A stretch of 64,000 bases of DNA, from positions 26,437-90,436 of the forward strand of contig JAZLJW010000047.1 in assembly GCA_045597345.1 (NCBI GenBank). Reading direction: 5' to 3'. Source of the stretch: Treponemataceae bacterium. Its GTDB lineage: Bacteria > Spirochaetota > Spirochaetia > Treponematales > Treponemataceae. Numbering within the stretch: position 1 is the first letter of the stretch; every line of letters begins with the position of its first letter. Shown here piece after piece: positions 1 to 8,793 of the stretch. A program made the translations under genes and the position numbers. The notes beneath the pieces were generated by a model. The model was not told where the DNA came from. It was given only the letters and a program-made list of their open reading frames with translations, and did no database searches.

Positions 1-626
1 GTCTGTTTACAGAATATAAAAAACACGGGACCCGTCCTTATTATCAAGAAGGAAATTTTGAAGAACGAAGTCTGGCCGTATTGGACAAAACTCTTAATTC
101 AGATGTTACTTTTTTTGTTCCTCATATTACAGATGACAATTTGCGGCTGATGAATGCTGTTATCGGGACTATAGCAAACGCTGCAATTCCAAGAATTCAA
201 GTCCGTTCGCTGTGTTCTGATTGGAATGTGGGAGCTGAAAAGTTATACCAACTGTTAGAAGTTATGGAATCTGTTGGCGCAATCAGAATTATACGGTATC
301 AGAATGAAACAAAGGCAAAATCAGCAGGAGCAAAGGTATTTTATTCTGACCCTTGTTTATATGCAGTGTTGCGTGGAACAGAAGGAAATATTCGGGAGTC
401 CTTTGTATCACTTGCCCTGCAATCTGCAGGATATCAGGTATTTGCGGCTAAAGATGAAAGAGATGGCGATTTTGTTACGATTTCTTCAAAAGATGGAAAG
501 AGAATGACGATTGAAGTTGGCGGTCATAAAAAAATCCTGAAGAATGCCGATTTTGTCGTCCGGGATGATATAGATTATCCTGCAGATAAAGTAATCCCAC
601 TGTGGCATTTACTGATGATGTGGTGA
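1..626 (+). CDS. NTPase (COG1373/AAA_14-type), C-terminal part with PD-(D/E)xK-like tail; 5' end lies outside the window
   Basis: The frame of ORF 81..626 stays open back to nt 3, so the CDS enters from the left edge. The tail 'DGDFVTISSKDGKRMTIEVGGHKK' fits a D..ExK nuclease-fold motif, as in the ATPases starting at 2245 and 6881. Confidence 0.55.
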   Translation, partial: LFTEYKKHGTRPYYQEGNFEERSLAVLDKTLNSDVTFFVPHITDDNLRLMNAVIGTIANAAIPRIQVRSLCSDWNVGAEKLYQLLEVMESVGAIRIIRYQNETKAKSAGAKVFYSDPCLYAVLRGTEGNIRESFVSLALQSAGYQVFAAKDERDGDFVTISSKDGKRMTIEVGGHKKILKNADFVVRDDIDYPADKVIPLWHLLMMW

Positions 627-663
627 ATGTTTCACCTGATTTTTTTACTGATGTACATCTATA

Positions 664-775
664 CCTGTCATGCTGTACTGAACACTTGTCATCCTGAACT
701 AAGCACTTGTCATGCTGAACTTGTTTCAGCATCTAACCCCTTTGCCAGTGAATAAAATCATTGGTGAAGTTTTTT
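664..775. repeat. Family-A mini-repeat cluster: three 21-bp tandem units capped by hairpin ATGCTGAA-cttgt-TTCAGCAT, plus a shared tail
   Basis: TGTCAT units start at 666, 687 and 708. Nt 704-770 are nearly identical to 2086-2152. The tail CCCCTTTGCCAGTGA..TCATTGGTGAAG plus T-run is terminator-like. Confidence 0.8.
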
Positions 776-849
776 TTCTCCGGTGGAAAAAAATTATTCG
801 ATTATGATAGGATGAATAGAGTAGAGAGAATTCCATCAGGAGATTAAGT

Positions 850-1941
850 ATGAGGAATAAGAGAGTACTTGTCAGTATCTGCTGTTTCTTTATCTGTGTA
901 ACAAATGTAAAGGCATTATCTGCAACTGAGAGCGCAAATTGGCAGTCAAAACTGCGTCGTTTGTACGAAACGTCTCGAGGCTCCTATACAACGTATTACT
1001 ACGATGAAGTGATGAAAATGGTAGATGAATATGAAACGTTTTCAGATGAGGACCAGGATTTATTAGGGGCTGTTAACCGGGAATTGCTTTTGGAACTGGC
1101 TGCATCGTATAAAATGATACGGGCAATTGATGAGAAAGACTATATTCTTCTTGATGGATTTCTCAAACAGTACCAGGAAACATTTTTCACAGTATCAAAT
1201 GAATTAGCAAAATCACTTGAAGTAATGAACCCAAATATTCGTGAGGAACCCTGGTTTAAGGAATTTAGGGCTTACCGTGACGTGTATTTTGAACGTTTAT
1301 CCAAGGGACCTTTGAAAGATTCTCCAATGCAGCATGCAATTGATAACTATGATACAGAAGCCATAGATATTCTGTTGGATAATAATTTTAATGCCCGGTA
1401 TTTTAATTCAGAAAGAGGTCCGGGAGGCCAGGGGCTTCCTTGTTCGTGGCTGAATTACTGTATACAAACCGGGAACATCGAAATGCTCAGGTATTTATCT
1501 CGAAAAGGTCTTACTCTTGATGGCTGTTCAGGGGAGTTTCCAGAGAACGATGCAGGTATTCTATATGCAATATATAAAGGCTGTTCTGATGAGATGCTTC
1601 TCTCTGTTTGGGAAATTGATGACTGTAAAGATACGATGTATCGTTCAGGTGAAGAATATAGCGTTTTGAATTATCCGCTTCTGTACTGGGTTGCTTCCCG
1701 AGATAATGCCATTCATGTGATGCAGCTTCTGAATCTGGAATATCAGGCGGCATTGTTGATAGAGTACCGGTATTCTTACCCAGATAGTCCTGCCGGATGC
1801 TCTTACTATACGGTATACGAAAAATTGAATCCTGTTTTGCAGGATCTCATACCTGTAGAGTACAGAAAAACTTTCTCAGAAGTCTTTGCAGATATGAACG
1901 AAGAAGAAAAACAGCAGATTCTCACTCAGCTTTCTGAGTAG
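850..1941 (+). CDS. secreted hypothetical protein with weak ankyrin-like repeats
   Basis: 363-aa ORF with SD AGGAG 8 nt upstream. The hydrophobic N-terminus (VLVSICCFFICVTNVKA) looks like a signal peptide. 'LNYCIQTGNIEMLRYLSRKGLTLD' resembles an ANK repeat. Confidence 0.6.
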   Translation: MRNKRVLVSICCFFICVTNVKALSATESANWQSKLRRLYETSRGSYTTYYYDEVMKMVDEYETFSDEDQDLLGAVNRELLLELAASYKMIRAIDEKDYILLDGFLKQYQETFFTVSNELAKSLEVMNPNIREEPWFKEFRAYRDVYFERLSKGPLKDSPMQHAIDNYDTEAIDILLDNNFNARYFNSERGPGGQGLPCSWLNYCIQTGNIEMLRYLSRKGLTLDGCSGEFPENDAGILYAIYKGCSDEMLLSVWEIDDCKDTMYRSGEEYSVLNYPLLYWVASRDNAIHVMQLLNLEYQAALLIEYRYSYPDSPAGCSYYTVYEKLNPVLQDLIPVEYRKTFSEVFADMNEEEKQQILTQLSE

Positions 1942-2071
1942 ACTGTTGTTACTGATACCCTTTTCTCGTTCAACCATAAATGCTCTTCATATCTCCAAAC
2001 TATTAATTATTTTTTCGTATATCCGCAAAAATAATTAATAGTTGTTGTGTACCGTGATATCACTAGATATG

Positions 2072-2167
2072 TATGCTGACCGAAACACTTGTCATGCTGA
2101 ACTTGTTTCAGCATCCATACCCCTTTGCCAGTGAATAAAATCATTGGTAAAGGGGATTTTTTTCATT
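2072..2167. repeat. Family-A repeat copy with terminator-like hairpin
   Basis: CACTTGTCATGCTGAACTTGTTTCAGCATC..CCCCTTTGCCAGTGAATAAAATCATTGGTAAAGGGG is followed by ATTTTTTTCATTTTT. It is near-identical to 704-770. Confidence 0.8.
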
Positions 2168-2210
2168 TTTGGGCGTAATTTTTAAGTTGAACTTGAAAAT
2201 TACGCCCAAA
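2168..2210. promoter_or_regulatory. perfect 15-bp inverted repeat TTTGGGCGTAATTTT-N13-AAAATTACGCCCAAA upstream of an ATPase gene
   Basis: Arms at 2168-2182 and 2196-2210 were read directly. It ends 34 nt before the ATG at 2245. Confidence 0.6.
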
Positions 2211-2244
2211 TGTATTACGATTAATCTGTAAAAGGGGAATAGGT

Positions 2245-3426
2245 ATGATTAATCGATTGCTGAATGACCAAATTCAAAGAAGTACAACACAGGTTCCCGT
2301 GGTCACTATCCTGGGCCCTCGTCAAGCTGGAAAAACCACTTTAGTTAGAAATCTTTTCCCGCAATATACGTATGTTAATCTTGAAGATAGAGCGACAAGG
2401 GATTTGGCAGAAAATGACTACATAGGATTTTTTAAAAAGTTTCCTGAACCGATGATTATTGACGAAGTGCAAAGAGTTCCTGAACTTTTATCTGCTATTC
2501 AGGTAAAGGTTGATGAAGACAGGCGAAGAAATGGTCGCTTCATTCTGACCGGTAGTCATCAACCTAGATTACGTGAAGCCGTGGCACAATCTCTTGCAGG
2601 CAGAACGACAATTCATACTCTGTTACCCTTAAGTATCGAAGAACTGCAACATGACGGCTGTTTACGGGATCTGGACGAATCAATTGTTCAGGGGTTCATG
2701 CCGGAACTATATCTGGAGAATGCGCGAGAAGCAACTGTTTACTATCGCGACTATCTTGATACATATATTGAAAAAGACCTTCGGCAGATGATATCGGTAA
2801 AAAACTTGAATGCATTTATCAGGTTTATGACACTTCTTGCTGGGAGAGTGGGTCAGGTCTTGAATCTTTCAAGCCTGGCAGGAGAAGTAGGTGTATCTTC
2901 GACTACTTTAGGAGAGTGGCTTTCAGTATTGGAAGATTCGTTTGTTGTTTTTAAATTACAACCATATTTTTCAAATATCAGTAAGCGGGTGGTGAAATCA
3001 CCTAAAGTGTATTTTGTTGAGCCTGGATTGGCATCTTTCCTACTTGGAATTGAAACTTCCCGTCAGGCATCAAGAGACCCCCTGAGGGGAAATTTGTTTG
3101 AAAATATTGTTGTTGTAGAGGCTTTGAAAGCCAGACTGAATGAGAATAAAACACCTAATTTGTTTTATGTACGCACAGAAAAAGGAATAGAAATTGATTT
3201 GATTCTGAAAAAAGAAGGGATGTTGATTCCGTTTGAAATCAAATCTTCAATGACGCCACATATTGATTTCACAAAAAATCTGAAATTATTTTTGAACAGC
3301 GAGCAAAATGCAGTACCTGGGCGGGTTATTTACTGTGGTGAGGAATATGAGTCATTTGGGGATTGCAGATTTATCCAGTACACGCATGTTGCAGATGCTG
3401 TCAGAAACGATGAATACAGTTTGTGA
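2245..3426 (+). CDS. ATP-binding protein (AAA_14 NTPase plus DUF4143-type PD-(D/E)xK-like C-terminus)
   Basis: Walker A 'GPRQAGKTTL' and Walker B-like 'MIIDEVQ'. The C-terminal 'GIEIDLILKKEGMLIPFEIKSS' fits a D..ExK motif. SD AAGGGGA lies upstream. Confidence 0.8.
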   Translation: MINRLLNDQIQRSTTQVPVVTILGPRQAGKTTLVRNLFPQYTYVNLEDRATRDLAENDYIGFFKKFPEPMIIDEVQRVPELLSAIQVKVDEDRRRNGRFILTGSHQPRLREAVAQSLAGRTTIHTLLPLSIEELQHDGCLRDLDESIVQGFMPELYLENAREATVYYRDYLDTYIEKDLRQMISVKNLNAFIRFMTLLAGRVGQVLNLSSLAGEVGVSSTTLGEWLSVLEDSFVVFKLQPYFSNISKRVVKSPKVYFVEPGLASFLLGIETSRQASRDPLRGNLFENIVVVEALKARLNENKTPNLFYVRTEKGIEIDLILKKEGMLIPFEIKSSMTPHIDFTKNLKLFLNSEQNAVPGRVIYCGEEYESFGDCRFIQYTHVADAVRNDEYSL

Positions 3427-3458
3427 ATGATTTCATTCGTACAGTAGAGTGACATATT

Positions 3459-3910
3459 TTGACATCCTTGTACATGCTGGATATAAAGTTTAAGAGGCTT
3501 GCCAAAGGAATATATCAAACGATAGATGGCGAAGAATCCTGTGGGTTTATGTACTATTCAAAAGTTACCTGGAAAAAAGGAAACTTTGTAAGTAATACAG
3601 GGCGAAAATCCAAGAACTCTCAGGATGTAATGATTTTCTCAAAAGGAAAGGCCCGTAATTTACGGATTGATGCAAAAATAGAATCCATCAAAGCGAAATG
3701 CCGGTTTCTTTGATAGAACAAATACTGGGATTTGTGACTACCGAAGGCGAAATAGTGCTGGATTCTTTTGCCGGCAGCGGTGTTGTAGGAGAAGCATGCC
3801 TGAACAAGAAACGAAATTGCATTCTCATCGAGCTATGCCATGAAAACATCGAGAAAATCAAACGACGATTTGAGAACGTATCATATTTCAGTTCGTTTTC
3901 GCTTCAATAA
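3459..3910 (+). pseudogene. truncated and frameshifted beta-class N6/N4 DNA methyltransferase remnant
   Basis: Two overlapping ORFs in different frames (3459..3713 and 3698..3910). The second carries 'MPVSLIEQILGFVTTEGEIVLDSFAGSGVVGEA', which matches the KPxxLxExxI plus FxGSG SAM motif. No DPPY-type catalytic motif is present and there is no room for one after the ATPase stop at 3426. Confidence 0.6.
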
Positions 3911-3924
3911 ATTGGTAGAGACCT

Positions 3925-4106
3925 TAGTTTTCCTGTCTGGACAGAAAACTGTTGGCAGACAGGAATTATAAAGTACGATTTTCCGGCTTTTTCTGAAAAA
4001 AAGGGATATTGTTACCAGGTTTTCCTGCCATCAGGCAGATATTTTCCTGTCTGAATGAGAAATGAGTCATCTACAGGAAACTTCAGCTAAAAAAGTTCCC
4101 TGTAGA
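3925..4106. promoter_or_regulatory. array of TTCCTGTC / GACAGGAA motif copies arranged as inverted repeats
   Basis: AGTTTTCCTGTCTGGACAGAAAACT (3926-3950), GGCAGACAGGAATT (3954-3967), ATTTTCCTGTCTGA (4041-4054), CTACAGGAAACTT..AAGTTCCCTGTAG (4070-4105). Confidence 0.5.
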
Positions 4107-4193
4107 AACAAAAATGCCGTACAGATGGGAAAAATGGACTGATCTTTTTCTTGACTACACTTCAGATCATCAGCAGATTCCATTACACTGCAG

Positions 4194-4580
4194 GTGAGGT
4201 TTTCTATGGGAGCTTGTTACGATGTCTGTTTTAAGTTGAAATATCAAAATAAAAAAGATACTGTTTGTGCACTGAATGATTTTATCAGAACCCGTTTTGA
4301 ACTTTCAGTCCCATTAGAATCGGAGAACATGTCACAGACTATGTCTTTCATTTTGCCTCAAACCTGTCATTGGGCGTTTGTTGAAGAACAGGGCAGTTTC
4401 TACTCCGCCTTTGATGCTAGTTACAGTTGGCTTACTCTCTTGTGGGATGCTTTTAAAGCAATGACTCCTTCGCTGCTCGAGGGCTCCACTCTGGAAATCT
4501 GGCCAGACAATGACTACTGCAGACTCACTGTAATGAATGGAACAATCAGCTTTGAAGGAGAAGGGTTCTGGTATAGTTGA
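4194..4580 (+). CDS. hypothetical protein
   Basis: 128-aa ORF with no recognisable motif. The start is uncertain (GTG 4194 or ATG 4206). Confidence 0.4.
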   Translation: MRFSMGACYDVCFKLKYQNKKDTVCALNDFIRTRFELSVPLESENMSQTMSFILPQTCHWAFVEEQGSFYSAFDASYSWLTLLWDAFKAMTPSLLEGSTLEIWPDNDYCRLTVMNGTISFEGEGFWYS

Positions 4581-4609
4581 TATTATCTGAAAATAAAACT
4601 CCAGGTTAA

Positions 4610-5518
4610 TCAGTAATCGTAGCTTGCATCTTTGTATTCCTTAAGGGAGATGCCACTCCTTCTTTCTGTGAAGGTAGTTAAATTAATGAACATATCGAGA
4701 TTCCCAGTATCAGTCCTGAGTTTGAACCCCTTTTCTTCTGCGGTTTCTAAATGAAATGTACCATGGGGAATTCTGAAAATATGAAGTTTTCTCCTTTCCA
4801 TGTCATTCAGGATAAGGTACCAGTCTGATTTGAGTCTGTTCGGATTAGGATTGACCCAGCATTCATCCTTATAGGTAGAATTCTCTGTCTCCTTTTGTCT
4901 GGCAGAATAATTGACCTCATATTCATCATGAAAAGGATATGCCTTACTTTTTAGATATTGTATGGCAGCACTCTTAGCTCCGTTACCATATTTCAATTTA
5001 CCAATGATGTTATCTCTTTCCTCTATCGCACTTTTGGTGTTGATTTTCATGACTCCAAGAACTTCCATTATGGATAGAGCCTCTTCAAGAAATGGATCAA
5101 GTTCTGCTTTTTTCATCTCGTCTAACTTTTTCCTATTTCCTGTTTGTTTGTTCTCACACTTGAGGTAGCTTTGCTCCCTGACGATACTGATGATGGATGT
5201 TTCAAGATAATTGATATCGGTTTGGTCAAAAGAATCATCTGTAGTAGTGATGAGGACAGCACGTTCCCACCAGTCTTTTGCCTTGTCATGTTGTTTGATA
5301 CGATTTTTGAGATCGGAGGCTTCTCCGGCATATATCTGGGTATCAGAAAGAAGAATGTAGACCCCAAATCGATTAAGTTCATCAAGATCCAACATCTTGT
5401 TAATATCAGAGCGATGGACAATGTATATCAGCCCTTTCCAAAGAGTAGATTTGATTTGCATCAAACTGTCATATCTGCCGTCTTTGAAAAATAGATTGAT
5501 TCCTCTTCCTCGTTCCAC
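4610..5518 (-). CDS. GIY-YIG nuclease-family protein with a methylase-associated-type (DUF4357-like) C-terminal domain
   Basis: 'FGVYILLSDTQIYAGEASDLKNRIKQH' matches the GIY..YIG..R core. At 302 aa, its size and C-terminal region are typical of GIY-YIG proteins found beside R-M genes. Confidence 0.65.
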   Translation of the reverse strand: MERGRGINLFFKDGRYDSLMQIKSTLWKGLIYIVHRSDINKMLDLDELNRFGVYILLSDTQIYAGEASDLKNRIKQHDKAKDWWERAVLITTTDDSFDQTDINYLETSIISIVREQSYLKCENKQTGNRKKLDEMKKAELDPFLEEALSIMEVLGVMKINTKSAIEERDNIIGKLKYGNGAKSAAIQYLKSKAYPFHDEYEVNYSARQKETENSTYKDECWVNPNPNRLKSDWYLILNDMERRKLHIFRIPHGTFHLETAEEKGFKLRTDTGNLDMFINLTTFTERRSGISLKEYKDASYDY

Positions 5519-5870
5519 TTTGATACCTCTATTTTATTAGATCATGGCAACAAAAATAGGTCAAGATCTGGATAAACCAAGGCTATATTCAAAAACGGGT
5601 TTTAGACCCCATATACAGACCTACTCACTGAGTTTCTGGCAGCGTCACCGATGTGCCTTATAAAGTTCCTGTAGCATAGGTGCTTATAAGTCATTTTCGA
5701 CCTGTTTCAGCTTTTTTCAGCTGCAGGCTGCTAGAATCCCCAATTTCGGACCAAACTGGCTTATTAATTGGGGAAACTAAAAAAATTTCATTTTTTTCGC
5801 GAAAAACGGCATAAAAGCTCAAACAGACACATATATACATAGGTGAATCTACAGATAAGGAGTAGCACCT

Positions 5871-6710
5871 ATGAAGTCGTATATCCCGTATAAGGGAGCT
5901 TTGCTGAATCCGCGCAGGGACCGCACGTTTAAAGCCATTTTTGGAGGTGATTCGCCGGAAGCCAGATTAGCTTTGAAATCGTTTCTGGAAGCCATTTTTG
6001 AAAAAGAGGTCGGTAATATTCAGTTAGGTCCTAATGAGTTGCCCGGTGATGATGATGTGGAAAAAATTCCTCGTTTTGACATTACCTGTACCATGGATGG
6101 TGAGCGGGTAAATGTGGAAATGCAGAATATCGATACATTCTTGAATTATGCGAACAGAGTTGAATACTATGTGGCACATCTCCTGAACCACTATGCGCCA
6201 AAAGGTAAAAAATGGACAGATATGGAAAAGGTATATCAGGTCTCCGTTCTGAATTTCCTGTTTCACAAAGATTCTAAGGATTCGGCAATAACGCAATATC
6301 AGATGCGTAGTGAAGACGGTAAAATGCTCAATAGCCGTCAGAATATCATTATCCTGGAATTACCGAAAATTCTTGAAAAATCCGATGATATAGCAACGTT
6401 GACACCGGTAGAACGTTGGTGTACCTTTTTGAAGTACGCTGATGTTCCTGAAAAGCGTGATGTCATTACATCTTTATGTAAAGCGGAGGCTGGTATTATG
6501 GCTGCAACAACAGTATTGTCCCGTGAAAGTCAGGATGAAATAGCCTGGCGTCTTGAAACAGCCCGTGATATGGCTGAACGCGATTACCTTGACCTTGTTG
6601 GCGGTATTGAAGACCGCGACGCAATCATCGCGCAGAAAAATGCCGAACTGAAGCAGCAAGCTGCTGAAATCGCCCGGCTAAAAGCCCAGCTGGCTGAATT
6701 GCAGCAGTGA
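5871..6710 (+). CDS. Rpn-family recombination-promoting nuclease / PD-(D/E)XK putative transposase (PDDEXK_2)
   Basis: The N-terminus 'RDRTFKAIFG..LKSFLEAIF...RFDITCTMDGERVNVEMQ' matches the family hallmark. SD AAGGAG upstream. Coiled-coil C-terminus. Confidence 0.75.
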   Translation: MKSYIPYKGALLNPRRDRTFKAIFGGDSPEARLALKSFLEAIFEKEVGNIQLGPNELPGDDDVEKIPRFDITCTMDGERVNVEMQNIDTFLNYANRVEYYVAHLLNHYAPKGKKWTDMEKVYQVSVLNFLFHKDSKDSAITQYQMRSEDGKMLNSRQNIIILELPKILEKSDDIATLTPVERWCTFLKYADVPEKRDVITSLCKAEAGIMAATTVLSRESQDEIAWRLETARDMAERDYLDLVGGIEDRDAIIAQKNAELKQQAAEIARLKAQLAELQQ

Positions 6711-6715
6711 CGGGC

Positions 6716-6780
6716 GGTCCTGAGTCAAGCTCAGGATGACTAGGCTTGGCTCAGGATAACGAGTCTTGGCTCAGGTGATA
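6716..6780. repeat. Family-A-related repeat in inverted orientation (CCTGAG-tcaag-CTCAGG hairpin plus 20-bp CTTGGCTCAGGAT units)
   Basis: The reverse complement reads GTCATCCTGAGCTTGACTCAGGA, i.e. the family-A consensus with CCTGAG in place of GCTGAA. Confidence 0.7.
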
Positions 6781-6817
6781 CAAACACCGGTCTCTCCTGA
6801 TATTTGAGTATCCATTT

Positions 6818-6856
6818 ACCGTCTTTTACCGTATTAACAAAACGGTAAAAGACGGT
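6818..6856. promoter_or_regulatory. perfect 15-bp inverted repeat ACCGTCTTTTACCGT-N9-ACGGTAAAAGACGGT upstream of an ATPase gene
   Basis: Arms at 6818-6832 and 6842-6856. It ends 24 nt before the ATG at 6881. Confidence 0.6.
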
Positions 6857-6880
6857 TAAACTGTAAAAAGTGAGGTGGAT

Positions 6881-8701
6881 ATGTCGCAAATTGAAGAGCT
6901 TGAAAAACAGATTGCAGAACTTCCATCAGGATATATAACACATAGGACCGTAAATAAGAAAATCTACTACTACCGACAGGGGTCAAAAGACGGTGAACAG
7001 TTCAGTATCCGTATTCCAGATGATGAAGTTGATTCTGTTTCTGAAAAAATAGCATTACGAAAGTTGCTTGAAAGACAACTGAAATCATTACATGTCGCAT
7101 CTCCTGACAGAAAAACAGTTTCTGAAAAACTGATACTCACCTCAAGCGTTATCACTGGCTCTGTATTACGAAACTTTTCAGAACCGGCAAAACGATTCCA
7201 GAAAAGAGACTGTTTTAATACTGTTGAAAAATATGTGTATGGAGAAACTGAAGACAAGGTTTGTGTTGTATATGGACTTCGCCGCACTGGAAAAACTACT
7301 CTTCTTAAACAGATTATGGCAGGTTTTAATGAAGAAACGTTTTCAAGAACTGCGTACATTAAATGCCGGATAACTGACACGATTGCAAATCTCAACAGAG
7401 ACATTATCCAGCTTCGGGATGCAGGTTATACATATCTTTTTATTGATGAAGTTACCTTAATCGAAGATTTTATAGATTCCTCTTCACTCTTTTCTGATGT
7501 TTTCGCAGCTCAGGGAATAAAAATTGTTCTTTCTGGAACTGATTCCCTTGGGTTCCATTTTGCAATTAATGATGAACTCTATGACCGCGCCATTATGGTA
7601 CACACAACGTATATTCCATTTAAGGAACATTCGCGTCTTCTCGGAATCAATGACATTGATGAATATATACGGTACGGAGGAACGCTGAAAGCTGGCGAAA
7701 TTGATTTTGATAACAGAGAAGTAAATGCAAAAGATGCTTCCTTTCGTGACAATGAATCAACACGTTACTACATCGACACTGCTATCTGTTCTAATATCCA
7801 GCACTCTCTTGAATGTTTCAAGGACGGAAAATACTTCCGTCAGCTCAGGACTTTGTATGAGGCAGATGAACTTACAAATGCAATCAACAGAATAATTGAA
7901 AGTTTCAACCATGATTTTACCGTGAAGATTATTACAAGACTCTTTAAGTCTCATGACTTAGGTTCTGCTGCTCAGCAGCTACGGTCTGCGAAAAACGAAA
8001 ATAACCGTTCTACAATTCTTGATGAAATTGATACTGATAAAATCCTGGAAAGTCTCAAAAAAATTCTTTCAATCAAGGAAAAAGAAGAACAGTCAATCGG
8101 AATAACGCCGGTTCATATCGAAGAAATCAAAGAATATCTTACATCTCTGGATTTGATTGAAAAGGTAAACATAGAACGGCGCTACGCTGATAATACATCG
8201 CTGAATTCAACAGAAGTCTATTACATTTTCACTCAGCCAGGCATGCGTTATTGTCAGGCCCAGGCTTTAATCTATTCTCTTTTGAAAGATCCTCAGGTTG
8301 ATGCACTTGATATTAACCTGAAAAAACTCATCACCACAAAGATTTCAGAAGATGTTATTGGGCGCATGCTGGAAGATATCGTACTGCTGGAAACCAGAAA
8401 ATCCCTTTCAAAAAAATGGAACAACAAAGAGGAAGCATTCAAACTCCAGTTCTCGGATGGCGAATTTGATATGATAATTACTGACCGGGAAAATGGATCC
8501 TGCAGGATTTATGAAGTAAAGCATTCAAAGGAAAGATTTGAAAAACAGTACCAGCACCTTATCAACAAAGAGAAGCTGGAACTAACAGAAAAAATCTATG
8601 GACAGATTCTTTCACGGACAGTCCTCTATAAAGGTGAGAATTGCATAGAAGAAAACGGAATTGAATATAAAAATGTTGAAGAATATTTGAAGGAATTATA
8701 A
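6881..8701 (+). CDS. ATP-binding protein (AAA_14 NTPase plus PD-(D/E)xK-like C-terminus) with an N-terminal extension
   Basis: Walker A 'GLRRTGKTTLLKQ' and Walker B 'LFIDEV'. The tail 'GEFDMIITDRENGSCRIYEVKHSK' fits D..ExK. The ATG at 6881 has SD GAGGTGG; the ORF track starts at GTG 6875. Confidence 0.75.
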   Translation: MSQIEELEKQIAELPSGYITHRTVNKKIYYYRQGSKDGEQFSIRIPDDEVDSVSEKIALRKLLERQLKSLHVASPDRKTVSEKLILTSSVITGSVLRNFSEPAKRFQKRDCFNTVEKYVYGETEDKVCVVYGLRRTGKTTLLKQIMAGFNEETFSRTAYIKCRITDTIANLNRDIIQLRDAGYTYLFIDEVTLIEDFIDSSSLFSDVFAAQGIKIVLSGTDSLGFHFAINDELYDRAIMVHTTYIPFKEHSRLLGINDIDEYIRYGGTLKAGEIDFDNREVNAKDASFRDNESTRYYIDTAICSNIQHSLECFKDGKYFRQLRTLYEADELTNAINRIIESFNHDFTVKIITRLFKSHDLGSAAQQLRSAKNENNRSTILDEIDTDKILESLKKILSIKEKEEQSIGITPVHIEEIKEYLTSLDLIEKVNIERRYADNTSLNSTEVYYIFTQPGMRYCQAQALIYSLLKDPQVDALDINLKKLITTKISEDVIGRMLEDIVLLETRKSLSKKWNNKEEAFKLQFSDGEFDMIITDRENGSCRIYEVKHSKERFEKQYQHLINKEKLELTEKIYGQILSRTVLYKGENCIEENGIEYKNVEEYLKEL

Positions 8702-8793
8702 AAGCAATGAACCTGGCTGAATTGCAGTAATATTTTCCCACAGAATGCCAATTCCCCTTTACAATAAAGCATCAAGCCGTAAAGGAGGAAAAT

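Noticed and set aside
5871-6710. An IS element or active transposon around the Rpn-like (PDDEXK_2) gene
   Set aside because: No terminal inverted repeats or target-site duplications flank the gene. Rpn-type genes are usually stand-alone. The neighbouring repeats belong to the dispersed family A.
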